64,000 bases of DNA from Bugula neritina (Eukaryota > Animalia > Bryozoa): NCBI GenBank assembly GCA_964035545.1, contig OZ037773.1, positions 9,515,751 through 9,579,750 of the forward strand. The letters are read 5' to 3'. How positions within the stretch are numbered: position 1 is the stretch's first letter; the number at the start of each line of letters is the position of its first letter. Below the pieces are notes generated by a model, which was not told the DNA's origin, did not search any database, and worked only from the letters and a program-made list of their open reading frames with translations. The position numbers were made by a program, and so were the translations under genes. Shown piece by piece: positions 54,530-64,000 of this stretch.

Positions 54530-57500
54530 AGACCATGTAAAACTCAGCCAATCAGCAAAGTGTACCAGGTCAATGTCTTAACATTGTAACAGATATAAAA
54601 TTCTGCAAGTTCAATTGCAAAATGCATGCTTCTAAAAGCTAGTTGTGCAACTTTTTTTTCATGCATTATTTAATTTCATATCTTAAATTGATGACTCTTG
54701 AAATGATTTTTTAAAATGTCTAAATTAAGTGTTTATAAAATGCAATTAAAAATTGCATGTCCAAAAAAATGACCTGGTACACTTTTGCAACTTAAGGCCA
54801 ATTATTACATAACTGCCAGCTTAGTAGTTATTTGTTGTTGCAGCTTGAATGGGTTATTGTTTAGCATTGAAAGCTTGTAGTAAACCACTGTGAATTTGGT
54901 ACATGACTTTGATTGGCTGGTTTTTGAATGGCCCTTTAGTATATGCATCTGGACGGCTGGGTAGTGTAGGCTCCGCCTACATCTAGCTAATGTACAGTAG
55001 CCAATCCACAGTAGTATTACAAAATTTCTGTTTAACATATGAAATATTCTGGTCATTTGTTTTGTACTTTACAATAGTATATATTCTATTCAACTGGAAT
55101 TTTATTGTATGTAAGACATGGGAACTACTAAGAGGTTAAATCAACCACCCATATGCTGGTAATATTGTAGCTAGCAGTAATAGCAAGTCCACACCATATA
55201 AATATACACATAAGCTATTATGTGCAGCTTATGAATGCTGAAATGACCCCATTTCTTACTTTCAATTTGAAAAAAATTGTATTACATATTCTGCCACTTC
55301 TGCACCAAGAATGTGTTTTCCTTTTAAATTTTGAAAATAGTAGTCAGTTTCTGCAGCAGTCAACATCCACAATAAACAACGTAAGCTTTCAAATAAACTA
55401 TAAATATATGAAATATTAGTGGAAACAATGTAATTTATTCATTGCTATGATGAAAATTACAAGAATATTATATAAAAGCTAGATATAGATTTCTAGTAAA
55501 ATGGCACAGGTAAAAATAACACATTTTTACTTCAAATTCTAAATTTCATCAGTCACCAATGGTGGCTGTAGATTACAGAGAGCACAGCAGACTATCATAG
55601 TCTTGTCTAATAGAGGTGCCAACACCAAGTTCACACTTCGGGACCATTTAAAATATTGAACTCCTTTATCCTTTTGATTGCTCTTTCGACATGGATTCGA
55701 AGGTTAGAAATCAACTTTGTTTGCAGTAACTGCATTTTAGTCATTTGCAAATAGCCTTTTTTCCCAGGTGATATGGTCAACTTGGCTCCAGCGCCTATAA
55801 GTTCTTCTTCAATAAGAAAGCCTCTATCTGCCATGACCACATCACCTGGGTTTATGAAGTCTAAGAACCCAGAGCCATTCACTACACACTTGTCTGAGGC
55901 TCTACCTCCCATTCCATGCGAAATAAAGCAGATAGTGCCCCTGGGTGTAATTGCAACCAAATACTTAATGGTGTTGGTCTTTTTATACTCACCCCATGTT
56001 AAATATTGAGCCAGCTTTGATTGAGGCTTGCAAATGAATATTTCTGTGCAGTCTATAATGCACCTAATGTAAGCATATTGGCTTTGAAAGCTCAGAGGAA
56101 TGTTCAGCTTTTCTCTTGTTGGAAAATATATTAGATTGGTCAGTTCTCTTGCTAAAATATCTAATGTGTCTTTGAAGGTTTTGCTTGCTAGCAATCTAGA
56201 GATATAAAAAAGGCCAGCAAGTATTTGAAACTGTAAACCTTGACGCAGCTTCATTAAAGCCAATAAAAGTTCACCTTGTCTTGTTAACTTTTTTCGGAGA
56301 GTAAGAACTTTCATCTTCTGACATATAAATCTAAATAATATAGTAAATAAAGAAAGAAAATTAAATTATGATTCAAATTATAATGTATGTGCTAAATAAA
56401 TTTTGTGCTTAGTTTGTATTCATTCAGCAGTTTTTACCCTCTGGTAAGTAGCTTCAGTTATATTTTGCAACAACTATGAAGTTCAAGAACTGCTAGCTGA
56501 AGGCTTGACCCAATATAGCACCATCCAAACAGAATGTAATGTGTGTCAACATGTGTTACATAATACTGTAACAGTACATGATTAGCTAGTTGTATGAATA
56601 CATGCTTTGAATGAAGTCATGAGTTTAAACAAATACTGTGGACAAACAATTATTACTTTATTTTATAATTATACTATAACTAATTCAAACCCATATTATT
56701 TCTAGAATAGCATTTAATAATGTTTGTGAATAAGTGAAACTAGTAACAAGTGTAAACCATTTTAGTTTTAAACACCTACTTAGTTTCAGCTAATAATTAG
56801 ATTAGGAGGCCACTTTTATTAAGCTTTAAAATAACCAAGGAAAATTTAGGTTAAAAAAATTACTTTTTCTGGAGAAAGTGAGTCAATTTGTCCACAAATA
56901 GAAGACTGTTGCTTGTTTAAATAAAACCCTAAACTAGATAAGTCAAAGCATACAGATGACCATTGTGGTATTTATGAATATCTTACATAAAACAACATCT
57001 TTAATAAAAAATGTATGAATGATACACTCACACTGCAACAAATTTAATTAAAATGACAGTTTTAATACATATAAAATTTAATCAATGTGCAAATTTTAGC
57101 ATAGTGAGACTTGCATTGTTTATTTGTAATAAACCATAGTATATCTTTGCAATAAGAAAATAATAATTTTCACCTTGCTAAAGAAAAGTGTAGAAAACGT
57201 GTAGGTATTCCAGTATAAATTTTAGTTTGCTCATCTGTAGTGGTGAAAGTTTTTAAAAAATTTTACTTTTTTAATAGTTGCTTTTTGTTTTAACATGGAA
57301 TTTGTTGAGCTTTTTCTTCCAACTTTTGATTTTCGACTATCAATAGAATGTGCAGATCATTTTTTCTGAGTAGTTGATGATTCTGGTAACTCAGTTACTT
57401 CTGATGAAGTCTGACTATGAGGATGGCTGTCAGATGAGTTCTGTTGCTTTATATCAGCTGACTCTGTTGAAGACGTTTTTTGTCCGTTTCCTACACATGT

Positions 57501-58693
57501 TTCATTAAAACCACTGTTTTTTGTGCGTCTTACATTATATGCTTTAGTGCGTTGGTAACCTAAATGGAGGGTTGGAGTTGAATTTTGCTCAGTGGGCTGA
57601 CCATCCTTATGATTATGATAGTCTGCTGTGCTCTCTGTAATCTACAGCCACCATTGGTGACTGATGAAATTTAGAATTTGAAGTAAAAATGTGTTATTTT
57701 TACCTGTGCCATTTTACTAGAAATCTATATCTAGCTTTTATATAATTATATTCTCGTAATTTTTCATCATAGCAATGAATAAATTACATTGTTTCCACAC
57801 TAATATTTCGTATATTTATAGTTTATTTGAAAGCTTACGTTGTTTATTGTGGATGCAGTTGACTGCTATAGAAACTGACTACTATTTTCAAAATTTAAAA
57901 GGAAAACACATTCCTGGTGCAGAAGTGGCAGAATATGTAATACAATTTATTTCAAATTGAAAGTAAGAAATGGGGTCATTTCAGCATTCATAAGCTGCAC
58001 ATAATAGCTTATGTGTATATCTATATGGTGTGGACTTGCTATTACTGCTAGCTACAATATTACCAGCATGCATGGGTGATTGATTTAACTTCTTAGTAGT
58101 TCCCATGGCTTACATACAATAAAATTCCAGTTGAATAGAATATTTACTATTGTAAAGTACAAAACAAATGACCAGAATATTTCATATGTTAAACAGAAAT
58201 TTTGTAATACTACTGTGGATTGGCTACTGTACATTAGCTAGATGTAGGCGGAGCCTACACTACCCAGCCATCCAGATGCATATACTAAAGGGCCATTCAA
58301 AAACCAGCCAATCAAAGTCATGTACCAAATTCACAGTGGTTTACTACAAGCTTTCAATGCTAAACAATAACCCATTCAAGCTGCAACAACAAATAACTAC
58401 TAAGCTGGCAGTTATGTAATAATTGGCCTTAAGTTGCAAAAGTGTACCAGGTCATTTTTTTGGACATGCAATTTTTAATTGCATTTTATAAACACTTAAT
58501 TTAGACATTTTAAAAAATCATTTCAAGAGTCATCAATTTAGATATGAAATTAAATAATGCATTAAAAAAAAGTTGCATAACTAGCTTTTAGAAGTATGCA
58601 TTTTGCAATTGAACTTGCAGAATTTTATACCAGTTACAATGGTAGAACATTGACCTGGTACACTTTGCTGATTGGCTGAGTTTTACATGGTCT
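54530..58693 (-). mobile_element. Rearranged ISL2EU/PIF-Harbinger DNA transposon with ~1.07-kb inverted arms
   Basis: Termini AT|AGACCATGTAAAACTC...GAGTTTTACATGGTCT|AT. Arms 54530-55602 and 57611-58693 are inverted copies enclosing a DDE_Tnp_4-type transposase. Confidence 0.9.
55539..57606 (-). pseudogene. THAP-HTH-DDE (DDE_Tnp_4/HARBI1-like) transposase pseudogene
   Basis: Exon ~57606-57174 has the THAP tail DGQPTEQNSTPTLHLGY and YTGIPT, with frameshifts and a stop. GT-AG intron 57173-56331. Exon 56330-55539 has IIDCTE, GGRASD, MADRGF, RIHVERAIKRIK and a frameshift near 55635 before VCCALCNLQPPLV...*. Confidence 0.88.
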
Positions 58694-60648
58694 ATTCAAA
58701 TAACTAAATTTAAATAATGCCCTAGTAGAATCAGTTACTCAGCTATTTTTAGATGCATGCAGTTTTCAATAAAAATTTTGGAATTTTATACGGTGAGATA
58801 ATGAAATGGTAAAAAATATTTCCTCATTCGATTGAAAACAGCTAAGCTACTGTTGTATATTTTGACATCATTAAAATAAACTGTGACTTTATAAACAAGC
58901 CAATCATAAAAAATTATGTTTCAACTTTAAAGTTCAAAAGTTGCCAACAAATTGGAATAATTAGTCTATTAAATCAGTTTGACTCACTATTGGTGTGATT
59001 CACATACTGTGTGTACATAAAAAATTGTGTAAAACCAACAGTTTTAAGCCAATTTTTAAAAAATTGTTTAGTTATCAGCATAATTTATGTACACCCTTCA
59101 AATAATATTAATATTATATTTTGGTTCAAGCTGCTGGCAAAATTCATGCATCAACGTGGTAACATCTGTGTTTGCAATGTTAGAGTGGGGTATATGTGGT
59201 TATTTTGTTAGAGCATAAAATTTTTGCCTAGGTTTGATGCAAAATACTAAAGTTTCAAAATTTTAGGCATCTGATAATTTACAATATTAAAGTTAAACAT
59301 ATTCTTAATTGGCAACATTTCTTCTAAACTTCTCCAAATAACCAGCACATAACCATGAATTTGCGCCATGCACTTATTTAATCCTGAAAATATGATACCA
59401 TCTGAAACTTGCTCATAGCTTAAACGTTAGTGTATACAGTGTATAATCTGTATACTGGCTATAAATTATAAGCTAGGTGTACAATGGGTATTTGAACAAA
59501 GAAATTATTTCAATGCACAGTGTACTCGTAAGAAGTTACTTAGGTGCACAAATAAAGCAACTTTTGCATAAAAGGAATAGCTTTCACTGAGAGGATTACG
59601 TTTAACAAGCCATTATTTCAGGCTATACAGAGCATTGTTAGCTTTTAATGCAAGCTAATACACTCTCTAAAATAGCTGGTTGTAGAAAGACTTTCGAAGT
59701 GCCCTTCCACAGGGCTTTATTTAAAGATCTGAAAAACATGGAGATTTGCCAACATACAGGTTAGACCACTAAACATATATTTGGTATCACTTACAAATGT
59801 AATAAGTTATCAGACGCAACTTAATAGAAAATTATAATAATAATGAATAATTATATAACTAACACTATGATCAGTGAGACTGTAGTTATAAGTTAAACGT
59901 TAATTTATCATCCTAGTACTACTAGTACTACTATAAGAGGTGTAACTTAAAGTTAGACCAGTAGAACTATAGATATATTTAATTTTATTGTCTCAGTAGC
60001 TTTTAATTTAAAGCTAGAAGTCTCGCATCTCCCATGTTGATTTTAATTTTGAACTTTTAAACTTTAGAGTTAATAATAATATTAAAAATAATAATTGTAT
60101 TATACATGATAGATTGCAAATGCTTGTAAACTTATGTCTTAAATGAATGTAATGTCAAGTTATTGCTAATCTGATGTATATATTCCTACATTAATTTTTA
60201 AAAGCAACTTATTTGCAAAATTTGTTTTTTAATCAGAAAAAAGTTCGTTTTAATTAAACTTTATAGTCTATGTTAATATCAATATATATTATTATCTTAT
60301 TATTTGTAAGTTCACAAATTTTTCTTTTCAGATAATCCTTTTCGCTACTTTGGTTATATTGATTACTCTAATATGGAAAAGCAATCTGACTCTGAAGTTG
60401 GAAAGAAAGATGCTAAGTAAACACTATAAATTGCTAATTCTATTCATTATGCAAGTATTTTATATGACGTGGAATTAACGTAGCACAAATACAATGCACA
60501 TGGTGATCATTTTTATTAATTTTATGACTGTACAAGCATCTTGAATCTCTTCCATAAGCAACTATATTTAGAGTCTTTTCAAAAGATTGTTGCTTTTTGT
60601 TCAATAAAACGTTTGTTGCAGTCTATTAAATGTGTATATTATTTGCAG

Positions 60649-62470
60649 GCAAACAAGTATGAATTTTCTTCAGGCTATTATCACACCTGTGACTACTTGA
60701 AGCTAATAAAAAATATCTAGGCTCGGCATCAACTAGAACTGCATGGGCGGATAGATAGGATTTCAACAATTTCCATGTATAATTTGGCTAAGAAAGTAAT
60801 TTGTAATAGTACCAATTATGCACATACTGTAAATTTGTGAAATGCACAAGTTCCACCATGTTCGATTTAATGGTGAGCACAACTCTAAACCATATTATTC
60901 TTGTAATGTTGGTGAAGCTACGTACAATGCTTAGATTGCTTGCAATCTATAAATAATCATTATGAATACAGTCTTTTAAATTTTAAAAGCAACTATTGAA
61001 AGATAGTACTTTGCTTTTTTCTCATAGATTATTGTAAAATAATTTTCGAGTTGATTGAAAATTTTACATGTTTAAATTGATCATCAAGATAGTTAATGAC
61101 TGCAATATTTCATTTTCCCATTAAATTACTTGTGCCATTATTAGTTATTACCTATGCCCTTTTAGCCTGTGCCAGTTTCATTAACCAGAGTGCATGATTA
61201 CCTATTTTGAATTGAAGTTTCCTACCTCCTTCGCAACATTTGTGCTGGTCATCATTACAGTAAAATTTACAATAAATTTAGGTTGCCTACTTACTCTTTA
61301 AAATCGCCTTAAATAACAATTTTGTTATAGTCTTTGATTTAATCAAATGTTATGTATACTAATTCATTGTTTGAACATACATACTAAAGGCAATTTTTCA
61401 TGCTTTTATCTAGATATGCAGGTTGCACCTTTTCTTTGACAATGCAATTCTGTTTAATTGAACAAAAATCATCAAGTTATGGCATAGTGGTTAGTAGATC
61501 ATACATAAATTAAAAGTTTCGTACCCACTTTATAAAGCTTTATTGGATAAATAACTCCAAATTACTGCTAATTTTTTCTAGAATAATTCAGATTATACCT
61601 CATATTGTGTTTATTATAAAACAAGCAGTATGTGCGTGTAGATTATATCCGTTCATGCATGAATGTCACGACACAGTGATTAACACATGCAATCAGCATA
61701 GTTGTGAACAAATTAATAGTTACTAGATAATTTTAGAGAAAAAAACTTGAATTTGAATTTGGCACAATTTATTTAACTCTGTGTGTATAATTGCTATTTA
61801 TTTTTTAATTACTGAAATATTAAATTTGCGACTTGGAGCCAAAATCACTGATAAAATTTAAAGAAGGTTAATTAAAATGACAGTATAACCTACATCAAAT
61901 TGAAATTGTTTAATCATCTCCATAAATTTTATTCCTCAAATTATTCCAAGTTGCTGATTTTGCTCCAATTGCAAGTAGTTTATATAATATAGAAATTTTA
62001 TAGCTCGAATACTGTACACATGCATAATTAATGTTTTCATGAACATAGTTATGCATTTTGCACCTAACTCCTTCAACCTATACCATAATAGTTTTTTTCC
62101 AAAATATTCCTTTTTTGCCAGAAACTAGTTTGGTAAAACCTATTTTAATTATTAGTTTATAAATCTGTGCATATTTTATTATTTGTAGGCTAAAAATAAT
62201 AATTTCCCTTGAGCCATTCTCACACCTGTGATTACTTGATAAGAAAATTACCCAGGCTGTGCATCAAGAAGAACCTATCTATACCTTGCTTTCATTGAAT
62301 GATAGGAGTTTGGCTATTTCCATGTACTTGGCTATTTAGGTAAATTTATGGTCATACCAATGAAGTTATCTGTAATTTACACACTGTATATGAGTGAATG
62401 CACAGGTGCCACTATGTGAACTTATTGGTAGGTTGGTGAGCACAACTCTGATTATTTGAAGCTTGTAATG
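60649..62470 (+). repeat. Two diverged copies of a ~260-bp exon-like segment (60649-60910, 62189-62470)
   Basis: Both start after a TTTGYAG acceptor and share TCACACCTGTGA, TACTTGA, GCATCAA, GATAGGA, TTTCCATGTA, AATGCACA and GGTGAGCACAACTCT in the same order. Confidence 0.7.
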
Positions 62471-62674
62471 TTTGAAAGGAGTATTTAATACATCACCTAT
62501 TGCCTTATAATAGTGACCAAACTTTTCAAAAAGTTTAAAGTTATAGTTTATAAATAAAAATAAATAAGCTATGCACTAATAATGTTATATACAAAGTTAG
62601 GTCAAAATCTACATTATATCAATAATTGTTTAAAAAGTGTAATATTTAGCCGTTTGAAGTAAGTTATTGGAATT

Positions 62675-64000
62675 AAACTGGAAGTTGCTTACCCATTTCC
62701 CCATTTTTTTGTTAGTCATTTTTATAGTAAAATGTACATGATTTAGAAGTTGCCCACCTATTTTTTCAAGTTTCCAATTACTAGTCATCCTTATAGAACA
62801 GTATGTGTGAAGTTGAGGTCGCCCACCTATGATCAGACATTATTGTTTATAATCATTATAGCAAAATGTAGGTGAAGTTGCCTACCTATGTTCCAACTGT
62901 TTTGCTAGTCATCTTTTTAGTAAAACTAGCATAAATTCAAGCTTGCACACCCAATTCCAAACACTATTGTTGTAGTCATTTTTATAGTTAAATGTACACA
63001 AAATTTATATTAAATTGAAGGTACCCACCAATCTCTGAACAATCTTTTTTATATTTATAGTGAAATGTAAAATAAGTAAAAATACCCACCAATATCTGAA
63101 CAGTCTTGTTTGCCATCTTGATAGTGAAATATACAAAAAGTTAAAGTTGCTTACCCATATTAAAAACATTCTTGCTAGTACTCATGTTTATAGTGAATTG
63201 TACATTAAATTGAAGCTACCCACCAATATCTAAACAGTCTTGCTTGCCATCTTTATAGTGAAATATACATAAAATTGAAGTTGTCCACCCATTTCTGAAC
63301 ACCCTTATTTGCCATCTGAATAGTGAAATGTACATAAACTTGAAGTTGCCCACCCATTTCCTAATTTTATTGCTTGTCATCTATGGCAAAATGTTCATAA
63401 ACTTGAAGTTGCTCACCCATTTTCCAATGTTCTGTTAGTCATTTTCATAGTAATATGCACATGAAATTGAAGTTGCCCACCCATTTAAATTTTTTTGCTA
63501 GTTATGTTTATAGTGAAATGTAAATACAATTGAAGTTGGCCAGTCAATTACCAACTTTCTTGTTTGGCATATTATTTTATGGTGAGATGTACATAATCTT
63601 GAAGTTGCCCACCCATTTCCTAATTTTATTGTTTGTCATATTTATGGCAAAATGTTCATAAACTTGAAGTTGTCCACCCATTTTTCAATGTTCTGTTAGT
63701 CATTTTCATAGTAAAATGTACATGAAATTGAAGTTGCCCACCCATTTAACTTTTTTGCTAGTTGTTTATAGTGAAATGTAAATACAATTGAAGTTGGCCA
63801 GTCAATTACCAACTTTCTTGTTAGTCATATTATTTTATGGTGAAATGTACATAAAATTGAAGTTGTCCACCCATTTTCCAACTTTCTTGTTAGTCACTTT
63901 TATAATAAAATCTAAGTAAAATTGAAGTTGTCTGCCCATTTTAAGAACTGTCTTGTTTGGGATCTTTATAGCAAAACTTACATAAACTTGAAGTTGTCAC
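62675..64000. repeat. ~65-bp satellite array with a ~259-bp higher-order unit (runs off window)
   Basis: Monomer TTGAAGTTGCCCACCCATTT...TAGTCATTTTTATAGTGAAATGTACATAAA. 4-monomer blocks start at ~63340 and ~63599. Confidence 0.92.

Noticed and set aside
54805-58419. Twin 83-aa ORFs (54805-55056 and 58168-58419) as a duplicated small gene
   Set aside because: They lie in the non-coding 3' part of the inverted transposon arms; near-identity reflects the duplication, and there is no domain evidence.
62220-62235. In-frame TGA (CAC CTG TGA) shared by both duplicated segments as selenocysteine
   Set aside because: Surrounding frames are not conserved between the copies, and I see no SECIS-like element or selenoprotein motif.

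Overview
AT-rich, intron-containing animal (probably invertebrate) genomic DNA; not prokaryotic, and I see no rRNA, intact tRNA or CRISPR. All gene models were assembled by hand from splice sites and reading-frame phase, and family assignments come from motif recognition, not database searches. From left to right: (1) the 5' part of an intact-looking Ty3/gypsy LTR retrotransposon on the minus strand. It has a 548-bp LTR, a tRNA-Pro-like PBS and an 892-codon uninterrupted Gag-PR-IN ORF (Gmr1-type domain order) that runs off the window edge and is missing from the ORF track. (2) The 3' exons of an unidentified low-complexity gene. (3) A ~2,970-aa Klarsicht/nesprin-like KASH gene (8595-23539) with a 4.2-kb repeat-expanded exon, W-acidic motifs and a candidate 33-nt cassette microexon. 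(4) A tRNA-derived SINE with a TSD. (5) A 5-exon membrane-anchored C3HC4 RING E3 ligase (RNF180-like) with an intronic hairpin and a truncated LINE. (6) An ankyrin-repeat plus non-RD Ser/Thr kinase gene (32178-38748). (7) A gene-poor right third containing a probable solo LTR, an AACGTT-rich DNA-transposon end, small duplications, an ISL2EU/Harbinger element with two 3' ends (~1.07-kb inverted arms) and a ~65-bp satellite with a 4-mer higher-order repeat.
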